Positions 17,280 through 28,006 of a stretch of 64,000 nt of DNA are shown here, in pieces. Each line of letters starts with the position of its first letter. The first letter of the stretch is position 1. The notes below the pieces were generated by a model that saw only the letters and a program-made list of their open reading frames with translations, ran no database searches and was not told the DNA's origin. The stretch spans positions 147,598 through 211,597 of IMG/VR virus record IMGVR_UViG_3300038393_000804. One strand, given 5' to 3'. The position numbers were made by a program, and so were the translations under genes. Origin of the DNA: a virus. Its lineage: Duplodnaviria > Heunggongvirae > Uroviricota > Caudoviricetes.

Positions 17280-18356
17280 ATGAAAGAGCAAGTATTAGGT
17301 ATGAGCAAGGAACATCTAAGACAGGTTGTGGAACAATTAGACTACGATAACTTGGCCGAGATGGAGAAAGATTTCACTAGGATATTTGTTATCCTCTATT
17401 CAACAAGAGACTTATTAAAGCTTCATCCTGTGGCTGTACCAGTGCAGGAAGAAATTAAACACACTGAAGTTCCATTCGAGGAAGAAGAAGACTTTGCTAA
17501 ATTATTAGAAGAATCAGAAACAGTTGATGCTGACGATGGAAAGATTCCTTATCGGTTTGAAAGAAGGATTCGTGGCGGATACATTCCAGAGATTGATGCC
17601 TTCGTTCCTGAAAAGATAATTAATGAATTAGATTTGTATCATGGTGACCTAGTATATGCAACATTACTTAAAGAAGTAGAAGATGGTCCTGACCATTATG
17701 AATATGAGCTAGTGGAACGCGGCCCAGGTAAGGCACCACAGGGTATCATAGAAGTGAAGTATGGCATTGTTGAATATTATCCTTCTACTGAAAGTGGCTT
17801 CGCTGTTACAAAGACAGCAGGAGGCGATGGCATCTATCTAGGACAAGAAAAGCTTGTACTTCCAATTATAGAAGATGATGCACGCGCATTTAAGTTACAA
17901 GAAGATGACGTGATTGACTTGGCATTCTACGAGAACAACCCAGAGAATCCAAAGGTGAGATGGCGGCATTCCGTCTCTGAAATGAGAAACATTGAAACGC
18001 CAAAACCATCAGGATACTATAAAAAGAAAACAGATGGTAAGGATGAAGTAGACCAAGTATTTGTTGGTAAGACTATCTGTTGTATGGGTTATGAGCCAGG
18101 CTGGTCTGACTTCCGTGATGAAGTGGAAAGACGCGGCGGTGAATTCATTGGCATTACAGGAAGAGAAGCAAGAGATTCCCTTGCTGGTATCTTGAAGCGC
18201 TCTAGCTGTTTGATTATGACATTGGGACATGTAGGACATGGCGGCACACAATGGGCTGTTCCATTCTGCAAGAACAATGGTATTCCATATACAAGCATTA
18301 AAACGTTTGGTCGTGCCAGCTTCGTGTTGGCTGCCGATAGATTAATTAATCATTAA
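17280..18356 (+). CDS. Protein with C-terminal DUF2325-like domain
   Basis: C-terminal GKTICCMG...VERRGGEF...LIMTLGHVGH...CKNNGIPY; acidic N-terminal part. Confidence 0.65.
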   Translation: MKEQVLGMSKEHLRQVVEQLDYDNLAEMEKDFTRIFVILYSTRDLLKLHPVAVPVQEEIKHTEVPFEEEEDFAKLLEESETVDADDGKIPYRFERRIRGGYIPEIDAFVPEKIINELDLYHGDLVYATLLKEVEDGPDHYEYELVERGPGKAPQGIIEVKYGIVEYYPSTESGFAVTKTAGGDGIYLGQEKLVLPIIEDDARAFKLQEDDVIDLAFYENNPENPKVRWRHSVSEMRNIETPKPSGYYKKKTDGKDEVDQVFVGKTICCMGYEPGWSDFRDEVERRGGEFIGITGREARDSLAGILKRSSCLIMTLGHVGHGGTQWAVPFCKNNGIPYTSIKTFGRASFVLAADRLINH

Positions 18357-18368
18357 GGAGTGGTTGGT

Positions 18369-18806
18369 TTGAAACTAATCGTAAATGTTCAACAAGCAAA
18401 GGACTTATTAACAGTAAATCGTGAGAAGCACATCGAGGAGTACAAGCTTCAATTAGAGGCTTGGAAAGTCGAGTATGAAAAGTGGAGCAATGATTTGAAA
18501 GCATGGTCTCAAGCAGCAGGTGAAGGTGGAGAATTCGTGAAGCGTCCGAATGAGCCACACAAGCCAGGTTACCATGTTCATTCTTATGACAAGCTTCTTC
18601 GTAAGCTAGGTGTTCATGTGGAAACAAACGTTGAGATTGATGCGGCAGGCAGTTATGGAAACAATGAGTATGAGCAAATCTTTGAAAACAAATTTGATTG
18701 GTCAGGTTCATTCCGCGGCCTTACAGCTTCTTACATTAACAATGGTTCATTGACTGCTGATAAAATTACGGCGTCATCTTTAAACTGGTCTGACTTAACA
18801 GAGTAG
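18369..18806 (+). CDS. Hypothetical protein
   Basis: SD AAGGAG, TTG start; helical 145-aa ORF. Confidence 0.7.
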   Translation: MKLIVNVQQAKDLLTVNREKHIEEYKLQLEAWKVEYEKWSNDLKAWSQAAGEGGEFVKRPNEPHKPGYHVHSYDKLLRKLGVHVETNVEIDAAGSYGNNEYEQIFENKFDWSGSFRGLTASYINNGSLTADKITASSLNWSDLTE

Positions 18807-19123
18807 GGGTGATTCTATGGAACGCGAACATAATCACTAGTGGGATTCGACAGCCTGCGCCGATAGGACGTGCGTAAATATTACTGTTGACCCAAGGGAT
18901 TATGAGTGAAACATCTTCCGAAGAAAGAATGTATGAAGTATCGCTTCAAGCAAAAGACCATTTACTATCCTTGGTTAGCTGAACAAGTTGTCTGGAAGGA
19001 CATGTCCTCCGAAAGAGGTTTTACGAAAGACATAAAGAAAGCCTACAATGCGAAAGCACGTAAGCCTCTTTGGAGGAAAAAGCGCAAGGAACAGAAGCGA
19101 GCAAGACGGAAGGAGAGAAAAAC

Positions 19124-20033
19124 ATGGGAATGTATACGGGTCTTCGATTCAGAGGCTTTGTGAAACCTGAGTACCGAGAGATGATTAAACAAGTCCAAGA
19201 GACTGCGGGGTATTGGGAAGCGTTCGTTGAGCAATTCCCTTTCCTCGAAGACTTTGCCCATCTTCCAAGGTCAGGTATGATTCCATTCGGAAGCTTGTCT
19301 TATATGCCGAGTGAATGGGACGATAATGACAACATTAGAACTAGCAGCTTTAAGCGAAGCATTGATATGGAAACAGGCTACTGGACGTTCCAATGCAGCT
19401 TGAAGAATTATAACAATGAGATTGATGCCTTTCTTTCAGAGGTTGTCCCTCAGATTTGCAGTAGCACCGAATACATTGAGTACTTGTATGAAGAATGGGA
19501 TTCAAGTACATTATATGAATTGCGCAATGGTGAAGTTGTAAATGTCGGCAAACATGTATATCGTGAAGAAGAACCTAATTACTGGGAACAATATCCATGG
19601 GGAGGAAACGATGAATAAGTTTACAGATTTTCATGACGCATACCACTTCTTGAGTGAGCACCACTATTTCGAACACGGCAAATGGAAAGAGCCACATTTC
19701 GAAGAGTCACTGTCCATTATGGTAGTGAAGGTGAATCCAGAAACAAAAGCAATTGATGATGACGAAAGCAAGAATACCCTGACCAACGTATGGTTGGAAT
19801 GCGGCAACTGGGAAGACATCCCCGACCATGGCTGGAGTGGATATGTTCACGACATGGAATTGGATTGTGGCGGTGACACTTTCGAGGAGGCTATCATCAA
19901 TCTGGCAAATCTGGTACTGGAACATTACGGTGAGAATCCCGACGGATATGGTGAGTTAACGGAGGAACAAATTAACGAAATTAACTCTCGTTGGGATAAG
20001 ATGCTAGAATCTGCCGAAGAAGTAAATGAATAA
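19124..20033 (+). CDS. Two coupled acidic hypothetical proteins (19124-19618, 19611-20033)
   Basis: SDs AAGGAG and GGGAGGA; overlapping stop/start. Confidence 0.7.
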
Positions 20034-20171
20034 CAAGCTCCCAAATTGCGTCCCATTATAGAGCAATTTTTTATTATTTTTTGGCGCGAAAAATGGAAAG
20101 ACTATTAGGGGTGTAAAAAATTTTTTTTGGGGTTCTGTAAAAAGAATCCCTTTCTCTTTGGAGGAATGAGT

Positions 20172-20360
20172 ATGGCTTACTACAGACCTAGCAACAATGG
20201 CTACTTCACAATATCTACTAGTAGTAATTCAACGACGACTGGTTATTATTACACGACCAATAATTATTATGGGTACAGTGGAACGTACACAGCTAAGGGT
20301 AAACAAGAGTTTAAAAATAAGGAAGTAAAACATCTATTAGAAAAGGAAAGAGGATGGTAA
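20172..20360 (+). CDS. Tyr/Thr/Asn/Ser-rich low-complexity protein with tag variant (copy 7)
   Basis: SD GGAGGA; ...TTTGYYYTTNNYYGYSGTY...KNKEVKHLLEKERGW. Confidence 0.7.
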   Translation: MAYYRPSNNGYFTISTSSNSTTTGYYYTTNNYYGYSGTYTAKGKQEFKNKEVKHLLEKERGW

Positions 20361-20374
20361 GGAGGTGAGGAGAC

Positions 20375-20899
20375 ATGGCAATCGTTAGTGGTCTACCAGC
20401 TGGTGCTGTGCTATGGAAATTTTCTGAGATGAGAAGAGTGTATAGATACAATCCAGAAGAACGTCGGCACATGCATATGGATGTAATGTGTTACTTTACA
20501 GTCGAACTATACAGTAGGCGTGCTCGTAGCAATGGAAGCTATATTAACAAAGAGCTATATCCATTTCTAAATAAGTTAAAGATTCGCTTGAATGAGGAAG
20601 AGTTCTATCGTGATGGTGGATATGAACCTGCTTACCGTGCGATTGGTGTTCAGATTCGTGAACATCTTAGCCAAGAGAGGTGGGAAGCCCTTGAGGTACA
20701 TGAGACAGCTTTAAAGTATTACAAGAAGCTGAAGAATGGAAACATTACTCCTATCTTAAATAGGCACAGTGAGTTCAACGAGAATGAAATAATTGAGGAA
20801 ATGAAAGCGGCGGCTGTTGATTTCGAACTAGAAACAGAATGGCCTGATGAACCAGCCTTCTCTATTCATGCACGGAATGTAAGTAGTGCAGCTTGGTAA
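20375..20899 (+). CDS. Hypothetical protein
   Basis: SD AAGGAGGTGA, 174 aa. Confidence 0.75.
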   Translation: MAIVSGLPAGAVLWKFSEMRRVYRYNPEERRHMHMDVMCYFTVELYSRRARSNGSYINKELYPFLNKLKIRLNEEEFYRDGGYEPAYRAIGVQIREHLSQERWEALEVHETALKYYKKLKNGNITPILNRHSEFNENEIIEEMKAAAVDFELETEWPDEPAFSIHARNVSSAAW

Positions 20900-20982
20900 G
20901 ATTATAATTCTATTAAAATAGTAGACATAAATTCCTGAAGTGGTTACTCTTATACCCTAGTATGATATAGGAGGAATCGCTG

Positions 20983-21894
20983 ATGGAATTTCGTATTGAT
21001 TCTGATGTTCTAAATGTAGAGGCTGTTGCACCTGCTCAAGCAATTGACTGGGGTGTAAGTGTGGTTCAAGCTCCACAGGTTTGGTCTTTGACTCGTGGCG
21101 AAGGCGTGAAGGTAGCTATCCTTGATACAGGGATTGACTATAATCACCCTGACCTTAAGGGCAATATCAAAGCTGGCAAGAACTTCACTTCTGCTAACGT
21201 GAATGACTACATGGACAGACAGGGACATGGTTCACACTGCGCTGGTATTATTGCTGGTGTAGATAACAACTTTGGTGTTGTTGGTGTGGCTCCTAAGGCT
21301 GAGCTTTACATTGGTAAAGTACTTGGCGACAACGGTTCTGGAGACCTTAATGCAATTGTGAAAGGTATCGACTGGGCAATTAGCCAAAGAGTTGATGTCA
21401 TTTCTATGTCATTAGGTTGCGGTGCCGACCCTGGTGAAGCTTTCCACGCAGCTTTCAAACGTGCTCATGATGCTGGTATCATCATTGTAGCCGCTTCTGG
21501 TAACGAGAACTCACACACTGGCTGGCCTGCTGCTTACGACGAAGTAATCGCTGTAGCTGCTGTTGACCAAACTTTCGGGCGTGCGAACTTCTCTAACTTC
21601 GGACCAGAGGTTGACGTTGCAGCTCCTGGTGTTGACATCTTATCTACATACAAGAATGGTCAGTATGCAAAGCTTTCAGGTACATCTATGGCTACTCCAA
21701 TGGTGTCTGGTGTTATTGCACTAGTTGTTGGATACTGCCGCAAGCTGGGCCTTCAAGCTACTCCTGATAAAATCGTACAAATGATTAGTGAGCGTTCTAT
21801 TGACATGGGTAACCAAGGCCACGACGACATGTTCGGTAACGGACTTATCAACGTGATGCGCCTGTTAAAAGGCAATAACGACGGCTTACGCTAA
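20983..21894 (+). CDS. Intracellular subtilisin-like serine protease (S8)
   Basis: Catalytic D (ILDTG), H (HGSHCAG), oxyanion N (ASGNE), S (GTSMATP); no signal peptide. Confidence 0.95.
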   Translation: MEFRIDSDVLNVEAVAPAQAIDWGVSVVQAPQVWSLTRGEGVKVAILDTGIDYNHPDLKGNIKAGKNFTSANVNDYMDRQGHGSHCAGIIAGVDNNFGVVGVAPKAELYIGKVLGDNGSGDLNAIVKGIDWAISQRVDVISMSLGCGADPGEAFHAAFKRAHDAGIIIVAASGNENSHTGWPAAYDEVIAVAAVDQTFGRANFSNFGPEVDVAAPGVDILSTYKNGQYAKLSGTSMATPMVSGVIALVVGYCRKLGLQATPDKIVQMISERSIDMGNQGHDDMFGNGLINVMRLLKGNNDGLR

Positions 21895-21900
21895 TCATGA

Positions 21901-21929
21901 AAGAGTCACTCTTCGGAGTGGCTTTTTTA
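21901..21929 (+). terminator. Intrinsic terminator
   Basis: GAGTCACTC-TTCG-GAGTGGCTT + T tract. Confidence 0.8.
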
Positions 21930-22136
21930 TTATGCTCAAAAAGGAAGTGAATTAAATGCCGAAGTACACTGTCAGTACAAATAGAATAGGTGTTAATGTG
22001 ACGGCTAAGAATGAGGATGAAGCAATTGAAAAAGGTTATGCTCAGATTAAAAAATTCATAAACCTAGGAGTCATGACTCTAACTGCTGAGAAACAAGACA
22101 GCGCTCTAAAGGAAATACGTAAAGGGGAGTGACAAT

Positions 22137-22379
22137 ATGGGTTATCCGTATAGAGTAGGAGAAGAAGTTATTATTATAAAGAATACATCAGGACATGCCT
22201 TCCAGATTGGGGAGAAGGTAACCCTTAATACAGTAGAAAAATCTGACTCAGGTTCTTATTGGTCTATGTCAGCTCTCGGTCTTGGTGAACTTGACTGGTG
22301 GTTCAATGCTACGGAATGTATGCCCGTTGATTATAAATCCAATCAAGAGGCAAAACAGTTATTAGAAACAGATTATTAA
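22137..22379 (+). CDS. SH3-like protein with shared C-terminal tag (copy 8)
   Basis: YRVGEEVII...FQIGEKVTL; ends SNQEAKQLLETDY. Confidence 0.8.
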   Translation: MGYPYRVGEEVIIIKNTSGHAFQIGEKVTLNTVEKSDSGSYWSMSALGLGELDWWFNATECMPVDYKSNQEAKQLLETDY

Positions 22380-22392
22380 AAGGCGGTGTTAT

Positions 22393-23270
22393 ATGGAGCC
22401 ATTATTATTAATTGTAGTAGCAGCCATTATCGCAGTATGGTTGTTTAAAAGTTTCCCTGGTCTTACAGTCATAGCTTTTTTCTTATTCGCCATGTATGCG
22501 ATTGAACTAGGAAGCCATGAGAAGATTCCGTTAATGACGAACTTTATGAAAGGCGTAAACATAATGTTCAATAGTAAGTTTTAGGAGGTGGTAAGATGTC
22601 ATTGAAAGAAAAGCTTGTTGAATGGAAAGAGCTTAGTGATATGAAGGATAATGCTGATGACCATACAAGGTGTCCGAGATGCCGCGAACAATTATACTTT
22701 TGTGATTGTTGTGCAGTGTTGGCTGATGAAATTCTTCTTAATCACTATGATGAAATTATAGACAAGGCAGAAGAGATGGAGTAGGAGGTAGAGGATGGCA
22801 CGCTGGACGAATCGACCTTCTTGGTGGAATGACCCTATCACACAGAGGCAAGAGCGAGCCATCGCTACCATTACTCAGTGGCTGGGTCATCAATTCACTG
22901 GCAGGGTCAAAGGGGATGCAATGGGATTCATTGGTGAGTACTATGAATTAGCCAAAGAGGTTCGTGACAATGCTGATGTGAATGGCGTTACGAATCGAAG
23001 CATGGCAAGTTTTATATTGGAGGCGGAAGGACCATGGGGTTAAACGTAAGCGAAGCGATGCTACTTAAAGCGCAGTATGAGTTGGAACAATTCCAGCCTG
23101 ATGATAGCGCATTTGATATTGTTGATGTGATTATCACTGATGAAAGCTGGGATGATTATACCCGCGGCTATCTTACATGTAAGTTGGAACAGTGGGGCGA
23201 GTCATTGGACGGCAAGGATTTACTGGAGCAGTTCATAAACTTTGTCGAAGTAATCCTCTCACGAAATTGA
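22393..23270 (+). CDS. Four small hypothetical ORFs (22393-22584 TM, 22596-22784 Cys-rich, 22795-23043, 23034-23270)
   Basis: Each preceded by an AGGAGG-type SD. Confidence 0.65.
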
Positions 23271-23298
23271 TGACGATGTCTTGACATTATGGTACAAT
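23268..23298 (+). promoter_or_regulatory. Possible sigmaA-type extended -10 promoter for the ssb-recA-thyA operon
   Basis: TG-G-TACAAT at 23290-23298; weak -35 ATGACG. Confidence 0.4.
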
Positions 23299-23424
23299 AA
23301 AAAGGCCGCTGAATACTAGCGGTCTCCTACCATAGTGCTTTACTTAGAGGATGTAAGTCTATTATATCCTGTCAGTAGAGCATTATGCTCTCAAAAATAA
23401 ATAGATATTAGGAGTTGTTTTGGT

Positions 23425-23859
23425 ATGAGTTTATCTCAAACATTTGTAGTAGGACGTTTAACAAAGGACCCAGAGGTTCGCAATGTAATGGTAGGAGGAC
23501 AAGAAACAGCAGTTGCTAACTTTGCAGTGGCTTGTGACCGTGATTACGGAGAAGGCACAGACTTCTATGATGTAGTAGTTTGGAGAAAGCAAGCTGAGAA
23601 TGTCGGCAAGTACCTAACCAAGGGTCGTGAGGTATTAGTAACAGGACGCATGCAAAAGCGTACTTACACAGCGAAGACACCAGAAGGTGCTGAATACCCA
23701 CGCGATGTATGGGAGTTGCACGCTGATAAGGTTCAGTTCTTAGGCAGCGCGAAAGATTCTGGCGGCGGTCAAGGTGGCGGAGGATATCAACGTCAAACAC
23801 CACCACCACAAGAACCTGCTTATACACCAGACCCATACGCAGGCGGAGCACCTTTCTAA
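23425..23859 (+). CDS. ssb: Single-stranded DNA-binding protein
   Basis: VGRLTKDPEVR, ANFAVACDR, FYDVVVWRKQAE, GREVLVTGR; Gly/Pro tail ending PF. Confidence 0.95.
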   Translation: MSLSQTFVVGRLTKDPEVRNVMVGGQETAVANFAVACDRDYGEGTDFYDVVVWRKQAENVGKYLTKGREVLVTGRMQKRTYTAKTPEGAEYPRDVWELHADKVQFLGSAKDSGGGQGGGGYQRQTPPPQEPAYTPDPYAGGAPF

Positions 23860-23906
23860 TAGGTGTTCCTAACCCTTCGGGGGCAATGTATTTAAGGGGG
23901 ATTTAG

Positions 23907-24227
23907 ATGTCTGACCAACGTAAGGCGAGAGCCGAATTAAAGCAAGGGCTTCATCAATTCTTAATGCAATTATACGTGAATTATTCACAGAGTCATGGGC
24001 AAGACGAGGCCAAGGAACTCGTTCAAGAATGTATCGACGAAGAGTATAAATATTTCAATCCAGATGGATTAAAGAAATCTTCCGCAAAGGAAGAGTTGTC
24101 TGCTAAGATTAAAGAACTAACAGACAAAATTGATTCGCTTAAAGACTACGACATGCAGTTATACTATGCCGAGAAAGTAGATGCAATGCAGGCTGCACTC
24201 GACGCATTAGATATAAAAATTAGCTAA
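23907..24227 (+). CDS. Hypothetical helical protein
   Basis: SD AAGGGGG; between ssb and recA. Confidence 0.7.
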   Translation: MSDQRKARAELKQGLHQFLMQLYVNYSQSHGQDEAKELVQECIDEEYKYFNPDGLKKSSAKEELSAKIKELTDKIDSLKDYDMQLYYAEKVDAMQAALDALDIKIS

Positions 24228-24250
24228 CTATACGGGGAGTTGTTTGGTAT

Positions 24251-25309
24251 ATGTCATTAGACAAAGTTTTAGCTCAAATTAATAAGCAGTTTGGTGCTGG
24301 CACAGCGCAAATCCTAACACCTGATTACGTTCGTGAAATCAAAGTGTTTAACTCTGGTTCACTAACATTAGACCTAGCACTAGGACGAGGTGGGATTCCA
24401 AGAGGTCGTTTGGTTGAAGTATTCGGCCCGACATCAGCTGGTAAAACCACACTAGCATTACTACACGCTGCGGAAGTGCAACGTGCAGGAGAAGGATATG
24501 TAGCATTTGTCGATGCGGAGCATACATTTGACCCTGTACTTGCCGCTGAATACGGTGTAGATTTAGGCTCATTGATTTACATTGACCCAGAAACTGCTGA
24601 GAATGCGATTGATACTACCGACGCTCTGATTCGTTCAGGCGAAGTTCGCTTAATCATTGTTGACTCTGTATCGGCTTTAACACCATCAAAGATTGTTGAG
24701 TCATCTGTTGAACAACAAACGATGGCACTGTTAGCCCGATTCATGAGTACTACTTGCCAGAAGTTAAATGGCCCAGCTTACCACCACGATTGTACTGTGT
24801 TATTTATTAACCAGATTCGTGAAAAGCCAGGTGCTTTCAGCCCAGCTGGTACGCCTACAACAACTTCAGGTGGTCGTGCGTTACCATTCTACAGCTCAGT
24901 CCGTTTGAATGTACGTTCTGGTGAACTGTTCAAGAACAAAGCTGGAGACCAAATTGGTCATCAGATGAAGGTCAAAGTTGTTAAGAACAAAGTAGGTATG
25001 CCAGGTAAAGAGGCAACCTTCAGCTTGTTCTATGGCAAAGGTGTTGACCGTGTGGATGAGATTTCTCAGCTGGTATTATTAGCTGGTATCATCCGTCAAG
25101 CTGGTGCTTGGTTCCGCTATGAAGATGAGAACGGTGAACCATTAGAACGCGATGGTGAGATTTGCAAATGGCAAGGCCGCGCAGCGATGACTGAATTCCT
25201 TCGTCAACATCCAAGCTTCTTAATTGAACTTGAGAACAAGCTTCGTGGTGTGGAACTTGAAGCACCAGATATAGCAGAAGACGAGAAGGTTTCAGAAGAA
25301 GGTTACTAA
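24251..25309 (+). CDS. recA: RecA recombinase
   Basis: GSLTLDLALG, Walker A GPTSAGKT, IIVDSVSAL, FINQIREK, GGRALPFYSSVRL, KVVKNKV. Confidence 0.97.
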   Translation: MSLDKVLAQINKQFGAGTAQILTPDYVREIKVFNSGSLTLDLALGRGGIPRGRLVEVFGPTSAGKTTLALLHAAEVQRAGEGYVAFVDAEHTFDPVLAAEYGVDLGSLIYIDPETAENAIDTTDALIRSGEVRLIIVDSVSALTPSKIVESSVEQQTMALLARFMSTTCQKLNGPAYHHDCTVLFINQIREKPGAFSPAGTPTTTSGGRALPFYSSVRLNVRSGELFKNKAGDQIGHQMKVKVVKNKVGMPGKEATFSLFYGKGVDRVDEISQLVLLAGIIRQAGAWFRYEDENGEPLERDGEICKWQGRAAMTEFLRQHPSFLIELENKLRGVELEAPDIAEDEKVSEEGY

Positions 25310-25317
25310 TTAAATAC

Positions 25318-25349
25318 GGGGAGTTGCCTGCGGGTTGCTCCCTTTTTTT
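25318..25349 (+). terminator. Intrinsic terminator
   Basis: GGGGAGTTGCC...GGTTGCTCCC + T7. Confidence 0.65.
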
Positions 25350-25370
25350 ATAACAGGGGGAGAGTCAAAC

Positions 25371-26270
25371 ATGCCACAAGCTGATAAAGAGTACGACAAA
25401 ATCATTCACCAAATCATGATGGAAGGAGTCTGGGACAGAGGGGAACCTGTGCGGACGAAATGGTCTGACGGTACACCTGCTTACACCCAGAGTATCCTGA
25501 ATGCTCAAATGCATTTCGATGGAACAGAAGTACCTATTCTGACAAGGAAGAAGGTAGCAGAAAGAACCGCTACGAAAGAGATGCTTTTGTTCTGGCAAAT
25601 GAAGACCAATAGAGCAGAAGACTTTCATAACATGGGTGTGACCATCTGGGATGAATGGATTAAAGAGGATGGAACTATTGGGCCAGCATACGGTGCTCAA
25701 CTTGGTAAGCCCTGCCGCGTTGTTCCGAAGAGTCAATATGACATTACGCTTCATGACCCTAAGAAAGAAATCATTGAGTTTGATGTGAACAACTGGTTGA
25801 TTGACCAAGTAGACTATCTTATCTGGCAATTGAAAACGAATCCTACCAGCCGCCGTCACATCGTAAGTCTTTGGAACATTACAGACTTGGATGAAATGGC
25901 TTTGACTCCTTGCGTATGGAACTCACAATGGATTGTGCAGAACCGTAAGCTTCACTTAATCGTAGGAGTAAGAAGCAATGACATGGCCTTGGGCAATCCA
26001 TTCAATGTCTACCAGTACTACGTGTTGCAGCGTATGATGGCTCAGGTATGTAAGTATGATATCGGGACATTAACATTCAACATTAACAATGCCCACATCT
26101 ATGAGCGTCATGTGAATGGATTGGAAGAGCAAATGAGGAATCAGGAATTCCCTGCTCCGACATTATGGTTGAATCCAAACATCACAAACTTCTATGACTT
26201 CACTATGGATGACATTAAGTTGTTTGATTATATCAGCGGACCAACTATCCCATTCGAGGTGGCTATCTAA
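25371..26270 (+). CDS. thyA: Thymidylate synthase
   Basis: IWDEW, GPAYG, SRRHIV, MALTPCV, RSNDMALGNPFN, HIYERH; no intron. Confidence 0.96.
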   Translation: MPQADKEYDKIIHQIMMEGVWDRGEPVRTKWSDGTPAYTQSILNAQMHFDGTEVPILTRKKVAERTATKEMLLFWQMKTNRAEDFHNMGVTIWDEWIKEDGTIGPAYGAQLGKPCRVVPKSQYDITLHDPKKEIIEFDVNNWLIDQVDYLIWQLKTNPTSRRHIVSLWNITDLDEMALTPCVWNSQWIVQNRKLHLIVGVRSNDMALGNPFNVYQYYVLQRMMAQVCKYDIGTLTFNINNAHIYERHVNGLEEQMRNQEFPAPTLWLNPNITNFYDFTMDDIKLFDYISGPTIPFEVAI

Positions 26271-26427
26271 TGGATGAAATGATACTGGCATTAAACGCAC
26301 TGAAGGAAGCATTGATTCAAGGTAAGGGTTATGAAGTTTTGAATAGCCCTACCCAGGAAATCTTGAATGCAAACATCGCAGAGTTATCTGACATTATGGT
26401 TCGTTACTGTAAGGATAACTACGACGT

Positions 26428-26958
26428 ATGATATCGCTGATAGCCGCTATGGATAGGAATCGTAACATTGGTCTTGATGGTGACATGCCTTGGGGAAAAG
26501 AAATGAAGTCGGACTTACGCCGATTTAAAGAATTAACAACAGGTAAGGTAGTTGTAATGGGAAGGAAGACCTACGAAAGTATTGGTCGCCCCCTTCCTAA
26601 TAGAAATAATGTTATCTTATCTCGTGATGCCTCACTTGCTGTTGATATTCGGGGGAAGAAAATGGTGGAAATGAATCCTCTCTATGCAGACACAACAGTT
26701 GTTCCTAGCATTGAAGAGTTCTTTCAACTAGCCAAACTTGCTCCTGAGCAAGAGTTCTTTATTATTGGCGGTGCTCAAATCTATGAGCAGTTCCTACCTT
26801 ATGCTGATAAGATTTATATCACAAAGGTATTAGCGCATTTAGAGGGGGACACAAAGTTCCCTACGATTACAGGTACTTGGAAGACACATTATGGTGATGT
26901 GCTTCAAGCAGATGATGACAAGTATCCATCGCAATATATCACATTTGAGCGGGCCTAG
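26428..26958 (+). CDS. dfrA: Dihydrofolate reductase
   Basis: IGLDGDMPW, DLRRFK, VVMGRKTYESIGRPLPNRNNVILS, IIGGAQIY, GDTKFP. Confidence 0.96.
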   Translation: MISLIAAMDRNRNIGLDGDMPWGKEMKSDLRRFKELTTGKVVVMGRKTYESIGRPLPNRNNVILSRDASLAVDIRGKKMVEMNPLYADTTVVPSIEEFFQLAKLAPEQEFFIIGGAQIYEQFLPYADKIYITKVLAHLEGDTKFPTITGTWKTHYGDVLQADDDKYPSQYITFERA

Positions 26959-27004
26959 CCTGCTCTTTTGTTTTATATATATCTTAATAAAGGAGGGGTT
27001 CTTA

Positions 27005-27970
27005 ATGGTAGGAGAACTTCTTATCTACACCAGTATTTCTACGGTAGCTACAATCATTCCAGTATGGAAGTACCGTCGAGCATTGGTTAAGTTATTGCAC
27101 TTACCAGGCGTTGGTTGGGTATTAAACCTAGCGTATGCGTTTGGTATGAGCTGGCTGTTATTGCTGGTCTTCCACATGCAGTCATCTATCGCAGGCTTAG
27201 CTAACATGCTTCACAGTATTGTCTATGGTGTATGGTTGTACTTCTTGAAGAAGAAATACGATGGTGAGAAAATGGTGGCAGCAGCGGTTTAATCCGCTGT
27301 TGTTTCCTACTACCAAATAACTTAAGGTGGTGTAACATGTACGAATATTATATAAAGTTCTGGGGTCAAGCAGAGCCTAGGATAAAAGAAAAGCTTGGTG
27401 ACTTCTATCAGGAAGATGGCTACTTCTTCTCGACTAAAGAAGAAAGAGCTGAGTTTAAGGAAGCTATTAAGCAAGCAGCAGGCGACCAGATTATTGTCTT
27501 TGCTGAATACGAAGGACCAGATGTAAGGCTTCACACAGTCGTTCTAGTGGACGCAAGATTCAAGGGCAAGCGTTACACATTTGAATATGATTACGGCCCA
27601 GGCTACCCTGTAGAATCGGCTGAATATATGTTTGAAGATGGTAACTATTCATGCAACTGTAACTTATCAAGGTTCATTCAAGATAAGTATCCTGAGTTCC
27701 CTGAACTGGATTGTGTTGGCGATGAAGAAGGAAATGAAATTGACTATGTATTTACAGTAGAACAAAGGGAGGTTCATTAATATGTTATCAAGAAGCACAG
27801 TTCAGAAGATGCCGCAGCCAGTGATTGTTCCTGAAACGGGCATCATATTAGATAAAGAAACACAACTCTGGGAAGTTTGGTACAAGGGTGTCCGCTTTGC
27901 AGAACTAGACGAATTGAAAGAAGCGCATGACAGATTGCAGAAACTTTTAGCACTGGACACCACGAAATAA
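27005..27970 (+). CDS. Three hypothetical ORFs (27005-27292 membrane, 27337-27780, 27782-27970)
   Basis: SD-led, closely spaced. Confidence 0.65.
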
Positions 27971-28006
27971 TCATGTAACAATATAGAGTGGAAACTAAAG
28001 GAGGTT

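Noticed and set aside
18906-19163. Lys/Arg-rich 85-aa ORF as a confident gene
   Set aside because: Weak RBS, a competing 26-aa frame (MSETSSEERM...) and overlap with the next gene's SD region; coding status unresolved.
9543-26270. Introns or inteins in dnaE, nrdE, nrdF, recA or thyA (common in Bacillus phages)
   Set aside because: All are continuous ORFs of standard length without Hint or LAGLIDADG inserts.
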